Assembly: GCA_964524845.1 (NCBI GenBank)
Contig: CAZGFX010000001.1
Coordinates: forward strand, 1 to 62,383
Length of the DNA stretch: 62,383 nucleotides
Source of the DNA: an uncultured Gammaproteobacteria bacterium
Lineage (GTDB): Bacteria > Patescibacteriota > Patescibacteriia > CAZGFX01
Direction: 5' to 3'
The translations under genes and the position numbers were made by a program. The notes under the pieces are model-generated. The model worked only from the letters and a program-made list of their open reading frames with translations, had not been told where the DNA came from and ran no database searches. Below, in pieces: positions 8,346 to 19,208 of this stretch. The number at the start of each line of letters is the position of its first letter. The stretch's first letter is position 1.

Positions 8346-9191
8346 TTATTTCAATTTCCTCGCTGATTTTTTTGGTAAATAGTTCTTTTTAGATACCACC
8401 GATCTGCCAATTTCTTTTTCCAGTTCTTTTCTGGCTATTCCGGCGATCTTACCTCCTCTCTTTGCGTCTTTTTTTAATTTTTCTTTTCCTTTGGAACATT
8501 CCGTTCTGTGAATTTCCGTGGTAGATCTTTCTCCTAGCATAGTAAAAATAAGTTCGAAGTCATCCATATGATCTCGCAAATTTTCTCGCTTTAAGCCTTT
8601 GATCTCTTTATATTCATTTGGCGTTACACCAAAAGTTGCTTTGGAAATTTCAGCTGTCAAAATTTCATAATCTTTTTGTTCCTTTGCTCCTCGTTTTTGC
8701 CATTCATCAGTAAGCTCTTCGCGTATAGCGATACCCCTCATTCTTTTTTCAATCCAATCATCAGAATACCCTTTTAATTTATAAAGCATCCTTGTTCTTT
8801 TGGTTGCAAGTTCAGGATTCTCAATTTCCTGGACTCTTTCGTAACCGACTTTCGCCAACCAACGCTTAAACGGCTCGGCTTTGGGCGATGGGATAGATTG
8901 TATAATGCGAAAAATGCCTTCAATATTTGCACAATTAATTTTCTGCTTCCCTCCTTCTGTATCAATCAAAAGGGGGTGTTCAATTTGAACCCACCCTTTG
9001 GCCAGTTCTTCGTCTCGGTTTAACATGTTTTTTAAATATTGTTTCGGGTTAGCCGAATCCGTCAAAACTCCTATAATATCAACAATTACAAACCACCACT
9101 CATTTTGAAAAAGTGTTTTTCTGATTTTCTGGCCTTTAAAAAAAGCGATCTTTGTTGTTTCTGCTGGTGTTAATTTCTTTGATTCACGCAT
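8346..9191 (-). CDS. Bro-N domain / DinD-like (DNA-damage-inducible protein D family) protein
   Basis: The N-terminal part is Bro-N-like (FQNEWWFVIVDIIGVL...INCANIEGIFRIIQSIPSPKAEPFKRWL). The C-terminal part (KGLKRENLRDHMDDFELIFTMLGERSTTEI) resembles E. coli DinD (KGLKKNQKILDHMGSTELAANLF). Confidence 0.7.
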   Translation of the reverse strand: MRESKKLTPAETTKIAFFKGQKIRKTLFQNEWWFVIVDIIGVLTDSANPKQYLKNMLNRDEELAKGWVQIEHPLLIDTEGGKQKINCANIEGIFRIIQSIPSPKAEPFKRWLAKVGYERVQEIENPELATKRTRMLYKLKGYSDDWIEKRMRGIAIREELTDEWQKRGAKEQKDYEILTAEISKATFGVTPNEYKEIKGLKRENLRDHMDDFELIFTMLGERSTTEIHRTECSKGKEKLKKDAKRGGKIAGIARKELEKEIGRSVVSKKNYLPKKSARKLK

Positions 9192-9234
9192 AATTTAGAT
9201 CATGTAATTTATTATGTGGTTTTACTGTAATTCA

Positions 9235-9262
9235 ATTCTACTCTCATATTGCAAAAACTCAA
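9235..9262 (-). promoter_or_regulatory. Sigma70-like promoter candidate for the DinD-like gene (TTGAGT-N16-TAGAAT)
   Basis: Same hexamers and spacing as 7949-7976. It also shares the flanking block TTATTNTTGAGTTTTT. Confidence 0.35.
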
Positions 9263-9276
9263 TAATAACTTCGAGA

Positions 9277-9304
9277 TTCACGATTTTGTCAACATAATCG
9301 TGAA
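9277..9304. promoter_or_regulatory. Inverted repeat TTCACGATT-N10-AATCGTGAA, candidate operator
   Basis: Perfect 9-bp arms, located 15 nt upstream of the -35 element of the DinD-like gene promoter candidate. Confidence 0.3.
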
Positions 9305-9430
9305 AAATAGATAAAATTTCTATATTTTCACGCTTTTGGCTATAATTTTCCATTAAAAACCCTTTTCAACACGGTTTTTTTAACTCTTCTAAACTTACTA
9401 ATTTTTGTTTTTTTGGTGGCGGAGCCAAAA

Positions 9431-9453
9431 CAAAAAACCCCTCTTTCGAGGGG
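9431..9453 (-). terminator. Rho-independent terminator after rplA
   Basis: Stem CCCCTC/GAGGGG with a TTTC loop, followed on the minus strand by TTTTTTG. It lies about 27 nt downstream of the rplA stop. Confidence 0.7.
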
Positions 9454-9479
9454 TTTGTGGTTTTAAAATACCAAAAAAA

Positions 9480-10163
9480 TTACCAGGAGATTTTTATACC
9501 GGGACTCATCGTAGAACAGACCGTTACCATTTTTATATAATTACTCTTTACAGATTCAGGTTTCATCTTTTTTATATCATCAACAAATATTTTGCAATTT
9601 TCAGCTAGCTTGTCCGCGCCGAAGGAAATCTTGCCTATAATTTGATGGATATTTGCCGTACTGTCGTTTTTAAACGCCACCTTGCCTCCTTTGAGCTCTT
9701 TTACAGCACTTGCCACATCGTCAGTGACTGTTCCGTTTTTTGGATTAGGCATAAGTCCTTTCTGGCCAAGAATACGAGCAATCGGAGCAAGTGCTTTCAT
9801 CATATCAGGAGTCGCTATTGCAATATCAAAATCACACTTTTCAGTGGTTTTTATTTCGTTAATAAGCTCCTCTCCTCCTACAATTGCAGCGCCGGCCGCT
9901 TTTGCATTTTTTTCCTGATCAGGACCGCAAAACACAACGACTTTTTTATCTTTACCAGTTCCATGTGGAAGTGTTACGGTACCTCGCACCAACTGATCTC
10001 CTTTTCGAGGATCAATTCCGAGGCTTATATGTATTTCAACAGATTCATCAAACTTCGCCTTATTTACCGAAGACGTAAGAATTGCCATAGCATCAGCAAT
10101 TGAATAACGCTCGGTTCTTTTGATTGTGCCACGATATGCCGTGGTTCTCTTCGAGTGTTTCAT
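9480..10163 (-). CDS. rplA: 50S ribosomal protein L1
   Basis: Typical L1 sequence (FDESVEIHISLGIDPRKGDQLVRGTVTLPHGTGK) and position after rplK. Confidence 0.95.
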   Translation of the reverse strand: MKHSKRTTAYRGTIKRTERYSIADAMAILTSSVNKAKFDESVEIHISLGIDPRKGDQLVRGTVTLPHGTGKDKKVVVFCGPDQEKNAKAAGAAIVGGEELINEIKTTEKCDFDIAIATPDMMKALAPIARILGQKGLMPNPKNGTVTDDVASAVKELKGGKVAFKNDSTANIHQIIGKISFGADKLAENCKIFVDDIKKMKPESVKSNYIKMVTVCSTMSPGIKISW

Positions 10164-10237
10164 AAGTGTAATTTATTGTGGTCAAACGGATATGCAGACA
10201 AGCGTATCCTCCCACGTGATTTTTAAATATAAATAAT

Positions 10238-10660
10238 TTAATCAGTAACTATTAATCCCATTTGACGTGCAGTTCCTTCTACTATCTTCATCGCCTTCTC
10301 AACATCTTTTGTGTTGAGGTCAGGAAGTTTCTTTTCCGCAATTTCACGAACTTTTGCACGCGAGATCGATCCTATTTTTTCCTGCAATGGTTTCCCTGAT
10401 CCTTTTTGTATGTTCGCTGCTTTTTTCAGCATGTCAGGTACAGGAGCGATTTTCGTAATAAATGTATATTTTCGATCGTCATAAATAGTCACAACGGTCG
10501 GAACTACCTCGCCCATTCTGTCCTTCGTAGCTTCGTTAAACTTAGTACAAAATTCCTGCATATTAACACCGGTTGGACCGAGTGTCGTACCAAGTTGTTG
10601 CCCAGGAACAGCCTTGCCTCCCGGTAATTGAAGCTTTAAAACCTTTACTACAATAGCCAT
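10238..10660 (-). CDS. rplK: 50S ribosomal protein L11
   Basis: [33 protein letters not shown]-type N-terminus. Sits in nusG-rplK-rplA synteny. Confidence 0.95.
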   Translation of the reverse strand: [140 protein letters not shown]

Positions 10661-10672
10661 ATATTTTCTTGA

Positions 10673-11221
10673 TTAACTTGTCTTCTGAACTTGGAGAAAA
10701 TCGAGTTCTACCGGAGTCTCGCGACCAAACATATTTATCAATATTTTTAGTTTACCGCGAACATTGTCGATATCTACGATCTTCCCTTCGAAGTCTTTGA
10801 ATGCACCATCAACAACCTTTACGATGTCGTCCACCTGAACATCCAGATTGTATTTCGGTTCTTCAACTCCCATACGGCGCATAATATCCTTTACCTCGTC
10901 TTCTGAAATCGGCGTCGGTGTATTTCCAACTCCTATAAATCCGGTTACATTCGGAGTATTGCGAACAACATACCAAGAATCATCATCAACAAGAAGATTG
11001 ACAAGTACATAGCCAGGAAAAATTCTCTCGCGTACCGTCTTCTTTTTCCCATTACTGATTTTGATTTTGGTTTCTGTCGGTACAATTACATCAAATATTT
11101 TGTCTTCCATGTCTAGTGATTCGATACGTTGCTTTAAATTACTGCAAACACTTTCCTCGTATCCGGAAATTGTATGGATGACATACCAGTTTCGTCCACG
11201 TGTAGGATCTTGCTTTCCCAT
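10673..11221 (-). CDS. nusG: Transcription termination/antitermination factor NusG
   Basis: NGN domain (WYVIHTISGYE...FPGYVLV) plus a C-terminal KOW (VKVVDGAFKDFEGKI). Follows secE. Confidence 0.95.
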   Translation of the reverse strand: MGKQDPTRGRNWYVIHTISGYEESVCSNLKQRIESLDMEDKIFDVIVPTETKIKISNGKKKTVRERIFPGYVLVNLLVDDDSWYVVRNTPNVTGFIGVGNTPTPISEDEVKDIMRRMGVEEPKYNLDVQVDDIVKVVDGAFKDFEGKIVDIDNVRGKLKILINMFGRETPVELDFLQVQKTS

Positions 11222-11253
11222 ATGTTTTTTTGTATTTTTTTCTAATTAAAATC

Positions 11254-11463
11254 TTAAAACTTCTGCAAGAGAGTACTGAGTATTCTATCAATGCCAAAAT
11301 CAAGAAGACCAAGATAGGCGGCAACAAGCAATGATCCAATAATAACAATAATCGAATCACTGATTGTTCGTTCCTTGCTCGGCCATGAAACTTTGCGTAT
11401 TTCAATTATTGCTTCTCTGAAATACTCAATACTGGATCTAAATCCAGCTGTAATTTTTGACAT
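11254..11463 (-). CDS. secE: Preprotein translocase subunit SecE
   Basis: 69 aa, with EIRKVSWPSKERT followed by a single TM helix. Lies directly upstream of nusG. Confidence 0.8.
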   Translation of the reverse strand: MSKITAGFRSSIEYFREAIIEIRKVSWPSKERTISDSIIVIIGSLLVAAYLGLLDFGIDRILSTLLQKF

Positions 11464-11660
11464 AATTTTAAAATATAGATAAAAAACAACAATACCGTCT
11501 TATAGAGAGGCATCGGTATTATGTTAGCTAATTTAATTTAAATAATCAAGTAATTTCTACGAAAAACAGAAGAATTCGATTTTTTGTTCGTTAAAGATAT
11601 TTTTGAATAAATGATAAATTGAACAATTTTATTCTTCAGATATAAACAATGGGATATTGG

Positions 11661-13757
<2,097 letters not shown>

Positions 13758-13979
13758 TTAAAAATCAAATTTACGCTCTAATATTAGCAAAAAAATAGGT
13801 TTTTTTCAAGAAATAAGTGGGTAAATATGTGTATAAAAAACTTTATTTTTAGCCATTTTTTATTAGTTATCAACTCTTTACGAACCCACTTATTTGACAT
13901 TAAAGCAATATAGATGTATAAATATATGATAAACATAATAGTCAAAATTTAATCAAAAATATAAAAAGTGAGGTGTGTG

Positions 13980-14360
13980 ATGAATATTTTAAATAAACGC
14001 ATTTTGATGATTGAGACAGACGAACCAACACATGTCGTTTTAAGTAAATTACTTCAACTGTCTCTTTGTAATTATGGTATCGAGTTCGAATTCGCATCAA
14101 ATAAAGATGATGCGATAGAAAAGATTCAGACCAGAAAATATGATTGCATCATCATTGACAACGAAGTATACGAAAATAATTTTTCGCTCAAGGTCGGATT
14201 GTTTGGCAATGAAATTGCCGAATTCGCTCGTAAAAAAACAAAAAATATTATCGCATTCGCCGGAAAACCGTGGATGCTGAACAAGGAACTTTTTTACGCC
14301 GTCTTTAACAGAATGGATTACAGTTCTTTTAAAGAATCATTAATCGGTTTTGTGGCATAA
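13980..14360 (+). CDS. Stand-alone receiver (CheY-like REC) domain protein with a degenerate acidic pocket
   Basis: ILMIETDEP ... YDCIIIDNEV ... AGKPW, which matches the D57-like Asp and the K-P pair. GAGGTG lies upstream of the ATG at 13980; the ORF track starts at a GTG at 13968. Confidence 0.55.
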   Translation: MNILNKRILMIETDEPTHVVLSKLLQLSLCNYGIEFEFASNKDDAIEKIQTRKYDCIIIDNEVYENNFSLKVGLFGNEIAEFARKKTKNIIAFAGKPWMLNKELFYAVFNRMDYSSFKESLIGFVA

Positions 14361-14370
14361 ATCTCTAAAC

Positions 14371-14402
14371 AAAAAGCGTGTTACTCTCTAACACGCTTTT
14401 TT
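14371..14402. terminator. Bidirectional rho-independent terminator (REC gene / pheT)
   Basis: Stem AGCGTGTTA/TAACACGCT with a 5-nt loop, flanked by an A-run and a T-run between convergent genes. Confidence 0.6.
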
Positions 14403-14420
14403 AATACAAAAAAATAAAAT

Positions 14421-16865
14421 TTATCTAGGAACTACAGCGCCACACTTCGACTCAAGTGCCTTAATCACTCCTTCAAATATATCATCAATTTCTGATGACT
14501 CCCATGTTTTGTCGTCTCGGCGCATAAAGAACCGTACAGTAACAGACTTTTTATCCCCTTTTTCAAAAACCCCAACAAGATCTATTTTGATAATCCTAGG
14601 ATCAACTGTTAAAATTGTTTTTTCAATCATCTTATAAGACACTTTTTTATCAACAAGAGGAGAAAGATCCCTTTTTACAACCGGATAAAGTGGCAACTCC
14701 TTAAATGATTTTCTCTCTGATGCGCCATCAAGAATCTGGTCAAGATCAAACTCGCAAACATAAGTATTTTTTTTGAGGCCGAGCTTATCTAATACATTTG
14801 CGGAAAGAGCTCCTATATATCCGACTGTTTTTCCTTGAACCAGAACGTTTCCATAGCTACCTGAATTAATATATGCCGGAGCTGATTCAGGTGCTTGTTC
14901 AACTACAATATTCTCATTACATATGCGCGAAATATCATTCAAAATATTTTTTATATTTTGAATTCCATTTTCATTTCCATATAAAACAATACTTGTGTGA
15001 TATGGTTGATATGGTAGATTGTGTTTAGATTCAGGATACTGATCATCGTCGCCTTCTTTTTTTATAAACACCCTTCCTATTTCAAAAAAACTCAGGGCAT
15101 CTGCTCTATGCATATTATCAGATAGTGATTGCGCCAGGTTTGGTAATAAAAGTGTACGAAGGTTTGTCGCCTCTGCATTAATTGCATTTCTTACTCTGAT
15201 ATGACCATCAGCTGATAGCGAGAAAGCATTCACAAGAGAATCGTTGATAAATGGATATAAAGATTGTTCTGTACAATTATATCGAAGCGCTAGAAGATTT
15301 TTTATACTTCTAACAAGATATCTTTTTTGATCGTTTTGGGGTCGTTCTATTTGCATAACCGGAAGTTTTACCGGAATATTCTCATATCCATACATGCGAG
15401 CAATTTCTTCAATCAAATCGCTTTGTATTGATATGTCTTTTGTTGCTCTCCACGAAGGAACCGTCACACTCAAAACTCCTTTCTTTTCTTTAACATCAAA
15501 ACCAAGTCTATCAAGAATATTTTTTGATATAGATGCAGTAACTCTGTCATCTCCGATTGCAGATTTGATTTGTTCTTCTGTGATATTAATTACCTTAGGA
15601 ACATAAGATAACTTATTTTCATCAATGTATGCATCAATCGTAGCACCTGGAAACAATTCTTTGATAATACATATTGCCCGACAGATCGCATTCTCTGGAA
15701 AATAAGGATCCAGGGCTTTTTCAAAACGAGCCGAGGCATCCGTACGAATTCCTAAATTCATAGATGCTCTACGAACAGCAACCGCATCAAAAGCGGCCGC
15801 TTCAAGTACTATTGTGTTTGTTGAATCGTTGATACTGTCATTTTTTCCTCCAATTACTCCTGCAATCGCTACTGATTTTTCCTTGTCAGCTATTACCATA
15901 ATAGATTGGTCGAGTTCGTATTCAACATCATCGAGAGCAATAATTTTTTCTTTGTCTTCTGCCTTTCGAACAATAATTGATCCATCTGTTATCTTATTAT
16001 AATCAAAAGCATGAAGAGGATTTCCGTACTCAATCATGACATAATTAGTCACATCGACAAGTATATTTCTAGGACGCATCCCAGCCTTCAAAAGACGCTC
16101 TTTCATCCATACTGGCGACTCAATAGGAGCAACTCCAGATATTACAGCGCCAATATATCTCACGCACCTGTTGTCTTTGATCGTAACAGATAATTTTTTG
16201 CTTTTTGTAACAGATGATAATATTTTTTTCGTTGGTATTGAAAAAACACTCTCATACGACACGAGATTTGCCTTATACAAAGCGGAAACCTCTCTAGCAA
16301 TACCGTACTGAGACCATAAATCAGGCCTGTGATTTATTGATTTATTATCGATATCTATAATTGCATCATTTTTTCCAAAAACATCAGCAAGAGGTGTTCC
16401 TGGTTTAACATTAAAAGAAGTTAGATCCGCTATTCCTCCTTCTGGTTCCGCAACAATACCATCAAGTCCTATTTCTTTAGCAGAACAAATCATACCAAAT
16501 GATTCTACTCCTCGAACTTTTGCCGCCTCCAAAGTTATCAAATCCCCTTCGCCGTGCCATCTGACACGAGCCCCTGGTAATGCCAACGCGACGATTTGTT
16601 TCTCGCAAAGATTGTTTCCACCACACACAACGCTCACATTGCCCAATTTTCCTGCATCTACTGTAACTAGCGAGAGTCTGTCTGCGTTTGGGTGTTTATC
16701 AATATGAAGTATGCGACCACATATAATATGATCAAATAACTTTCTTTCATCAACCACACCATCAACCTCAACAACGGAACGCGTTAAGCGATCGACTAGC
16801 TCTGAAATCGAAACATCGTTCGGTATTTTTACAAAATCTTTAAGCCATGAATATACTACCTTCAT
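14421..16865 (-). CDS. pheT: Phenylalanine--tRNA ligase beta subunit
   Basis: N-terminus MKVVYSWLKDFV, tRNA-binding domain, ~800 aa, immediately downstream of pheS. Confidence 0.95.
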   Translation of the reverse strand: MKVVYSWLKDFVKIPNDVSISELVDRLTRSVVEVDGVVDERKLFDHIICGRILHIDKHPNADRLSLVTVDAGKLGNVSVVCGGNNLCEKQIVALALPGARVRWHGEGDLITLEAAKVRGVESFGMICSAKEIGLDGIVAEPEGGIADLTSFNVKPGTPLADVFGKNDAIIDIDNKSINHRPDLWSQYGIAREVSALYKANLVSYESVFSIPTKKILSSVTKSKKLSVTIKDNRCVRYIGAVISGVAPIESPVWMKERLLKAGMRPRNILVDVTNYVMIEYGNPLHAFDYNKITDGSIIVRKAEDKEKIIALDDVEYELDQSIMVIADKEKSVAIAGVIGGKNDSINDSTNTIVLEAAAFDAVAVRRASMNLGIRTDASARFEKALDPYFPENAICRAICIIKELFPGATIDAYIDENKLSYVPKVINITEEQIKSAIGDDRVTASISKNILDRLGFDVKEKKGVLSVTVPSWRATKDISIQSDLIEEIARMYGYENIPVKLPVMQIERPQNDQKRYLVRSIKNLLALRYNCTEQSLYPFINDSLVNAFSLSADGHIRVRNAINAEATNLRTLLLPNLAQSLSDNMHRADALSFFEIGRVFIKKEGDDDQYPESKHNLPYQPYHTSIVLYGNENGIQNIKNILNDISRICNENIVVEQAPESAPAYINSGSYGNVLVQGKTVGYIGALSANVLDKLGLKKNTYVCEFDLDQILDGASERKSFKELPLYPVVKRDLSPLVDKKVSYKMIEKTILTVDPRIIKIDLVGVFEKGDKKSVTVRFFMRRDDKTWESSEIDDIFEGVIKALESKCGAVVPR

Positions 16866-16871
16866 ATGTGT

Positions 16872-17909
16872 TTATGAAAATTGTTCTAAAAATCGAATAT
16901 CGCCTCCTCGAAGAAGTCTAATATCGTTAATACCATATCGCATCATAACGAGTCGCGTAAGACCAAGTCCAAACGCAAATCCGGAATAAACATCAGGATC
17001 AAGTCCTCCTGCACGAATCACATGCGGATGAACCATACCGCAAGGCATGAGCTCAACCCAACCGCTTTGTTTACATACTGAACACCCCTTACCTCCGCAA
17101 ATAAGACATTTAATATCTAGCTCGAATCCTGGTTCAACGAAAGGAAAAAAACCTGGTCGAAGACGTATATCCACCTCGCGTCTAAACATTCCTGTCAAAA
17201 GCTCTTTCATGACAGCTATTAAATTACTTATTGAAAGACCCTTATCAACTACGAGTCCTTCCATTTGATCAAATGTATGTTCATGTGAAGCATCTGTGCT
17301 TTCGTTGCGAAACACGGTTCCAGGAACAATTGCTCGAATAGGAGCTCCATATGCGCGCATTGCACGAACCTGCACTGTAGATGTGTGACTTCGAAGTACA
17401 AGTTTTTCTTCATTATTAAATACTGATTCAATATAAAAAGTATCTTGCGACTCACGAGCCGGATGATGATCTGGAATATTAAGAGCATCAAAATTATAAT
17501 ATTCCGATTCAAGTTGCGGTCCATCAAGCACGCGAAACCCCATGGCAGAAAACAAATCTTCTAATTCGTACTGAATTTGATAAACAGGATGTATCGATCC
17601 GCAAGTATTGTTTGCCGGAATAGTCACGTCTTCTTGTTCGTCCGAAGAAGATGTTCCATTCGATTTAAGAACAAGATCTTGTCTTATTTTTTCAATTTGT
17701 TCTTCGATGGTTTTTTTTATGGTGTTTGCAAGCTCTCCAACCTCTTTTCTAATTTCCGGTGCAAGGTCTCGAAGCCCACGAAGAACCGATGATAATTCAC
17801 CTTTTTTACTCAAAAACTCCTGTTCGAATTTTTGCAGGTCATCGTGCGAAACTATAGATTCAAGACGTTTAAGCGCCTTTTTTTCGAGCTCGTGTAGCGT
17901 ATTTTTCAT
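16872..17909 (-). CDS. pheS: Phenylalanine--tRNA ligase alpha subunit
   Basis: Class II aaRS motifs (HPARESQDTFY, FRNE, GFAFGLGLTRL). Confidence 0.95.
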   Translation of the reverse strand: MKNTLHELEKKALKRLESIVSHDDLQKFEQEFLSKKGELSSVLRGLRDLAPEIRKEVGELANTIKKTIEEQIEKIRQDLVLKSNGTSSSDEQEDVTIPANNTCGSIHPVYQIQYELEDLFSAMGFRVLDGPQLESEYYNFDALNIPDHHPARESQDTFYIESVFNNEEKLVLRSHTSTVQVRAMRAYGAPIRAIVPGTVFRNESTDASHEHTFDQMEGLVVDKGLSISNLIAVMKELLTGMFRREVDIRLRPGFFPFVEPGFELDIKCLICGGKGCSVCKQSGWVELMPCGMVHPHVIRAGGLDPDVYSGFAFGLGLTRLVMMRYGINDIRLLRGGDIRFLEQFS

Positions 17910-17927
17910 AAAATTAAACGTGAGTAC

Positions 17928-17956
17928 ATTGTACTGTATATACCGAAAAACGTCAA
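17928..17956 (-). promoter_or_regulatory. Promoter candidate for pheST (TTGACG-N17-TACAAT)
   Basis: Near-consensus hexamers with a 17-nt spacer on the minus strand. The -10 element is about 19 nt upstream of the pheS ATG, implying a very short leader. Confidence 0.4.
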
Positions 17957-18083
17957 AGCACAGCCATTTTCATTTTTATAATAATCGTAGTATACTCATA
18001 AACGATAAAATACTTTAAAAATATATAATTTAACAAAAAAATAAACAAAAAGACTCTTTATTAAAGTCTTTTGGAGGCATAAT

Positions 18084-18731
18084 ATGCTTGTTATACGCAC
18101 ACGAGGAATGCTCACTGTTATATATGGGATAATGTTTTCGGGAAAAACAGAAACACTTCTTAAAATTCTCAGACTTTTAGAAGAACGTTCTAAAAAAAGA
18201 ATAATATGTTTTAAACCAAAAGCAGATACTCGAAGCGAAGAAACTTATATTGAAGGTCGCGATGGGAACAAAAGACACGCATTTATCATCAATGAAAAAG
18301 ATCCAATTGAAATAATCAAAATCCTAAAAGAACAAGAAGCACAAAAAGGGTATCGTTTTGATTATGTAGGATTTGATGAAGTACAGTTTTATCCGATCGA
18401 AGGAAAATTCTTCCGAATCGTTAGAGATCTTTTAAATAATGGGTACAATGTTATTGCTGCTGGGCTTGATTTTGATTTTAAAGGCGACCCTTTCGGACCA
18501 ATAGGAGCTCTTGCGCTTCTTGCAGACAAACAAATACGCGGAGACGCTTTTTGTTCTAAATGCGGAAAAGAGGCAATTTACACACAAAGAATTATAAACG
18601 GAGAACCTGCTAACATTAATTCAAGTATTATATTCACAGATGATCATACAAAACTGGAAAAACAAACAGAGTCATACGAGGCACGGTGTGAAGATTGCTA
18701 CACTCTTCCGGGCAAAGAGATCTTCTGGTAA
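18084..18731 (+). CDS. tdk: Thymidine kinase
   Basis: P-loop GIMFSGKTE, FDEVQF, and C-terminal CSKCG...CEDC zinc site. GGAGG lies 6 nt upstream of the ATG. Confidence 0.9.
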   Translation: MLVIRTRGMLTVIYGIMFSGKTETLLKILRLLEERSKKRIICFKPKADTRSEETYIEGRDGNKRHAFIINEKDPIEIIKILKEQEAQKGYRFDYVGFDEVQFYPIEGKFFRIVRDLLNNGYNVIAAGLDFDFKGDPFGPIGALALLADKQIRGDAFCSKCGKEAIYTQRIINGEPANINSSIIFTDDHTKLEKQTESYEARCEDCYTLPGKEIFW

Positions 18732-18744
18732 TTTTATAAAAAAA

Positions 18745-18774
18745 CCTCATGAACAACGCGTTCATGAGGTTTTC
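18745..18774. terminator. Bidirectional rho-independent terminator
   Basis: 10-bp stem CCTCATGAAC/GTTCATGAGG flanked by an A-run and a T-run, between convergent genes. Confidence 0.7.
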
Positions 18775-18791
18775 AATTTGCTGTAAATAAA

Positions 18792-19205
18792 TCAATATTT
18801 GTGTTCAGATGACCTATTATTAAGCATATGAGCACTATATGAAGCCATAAAATACTCTATGAAAGCGGAACAAATTATCAATAAAGCAGTGAGCCACCAT
18901 GTAAGATAGTGGTTTTTCTGAAGAATAAGAATGATGACCATTAGAAAAGAAAGAAACATCGCTTGTCGAAAAGAAGTCGAAACTTGCCTATAAACGAGTT
19001 CTTCCGAATTAATTAATCTCCTTATACCATACCCGATAAATGTCGCAATACCAAGAACGGACATAAAAAATACAATATAAAAAAGACCTATAACCAAACC
19101 ACTTGCAGTAAATGGATCAATTAATATTATCATACTAACTAGACTGGCAATTGATCCAATTGTTGCAAAAATACTCAATAAAAAATATATCTTAGAGAAT
19201 TGCAT
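18792..19205 (-). CDS. Hypothetical integral membrane protein (4 TM)
   Basis: 137-aa ORF dominated by hydrophobic helices. Tightly spaced with the upstream gene. Confidence 0.55.
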   Translation of the reverse strand: MQFSKIYFLLSIFATIGSIASLVSMIILIDPFTASGLVIGLFYIVFFMSVLGIATFIGYGIRRLINSEELVYRQVSTSFRQAMFLSFLMVIILILQKNHYLTWWLTALLIICSAFIEYFMASYSAHMLNNRSSEHKY

Positions 19206-19208
19206 ATA

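Noticed and set aside
9222-9353. 43-aa minus-strand small ORF upstream of the DinD-like gene
   Set aside because: It spans the inverted repeat and the promoter-like motif that is duplicated at 7949-7985 in a non-coding context. The similarity between the copies is at the nucleotide level, not in frame.
1-9479. Prophage, integrative element or IS
   Set aside because: No integrase, transposase, terminal inverted repeats, tRNA or att-like direct repeats are visible. I describe it only as an accessory or defence island of unknown mobility.
9642-10103. Long alternate-frame or antisense ORFs inside well-supported genes (for example 9642..10103, 19396..19905, 20716..21204, 47284..47871, 49723..50352, 50705..51178, 17608..18018)
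   Set aside because: They are shadow ORFs overlapping strongly recognisable genes (rplA, rlmN, mreB, rseP, frr, pheS). Their translations are low-complexity and carry no motifs.
13758-13967. Chromosomal replication origin upstream of gyrB
   Set aside because: Only two or three imperfect DnaA-box-like words are present. There is no dnaA or dnaN nearby and no coding-strand switch at this point. It is retained as a low-interest inverted-repeat observation.
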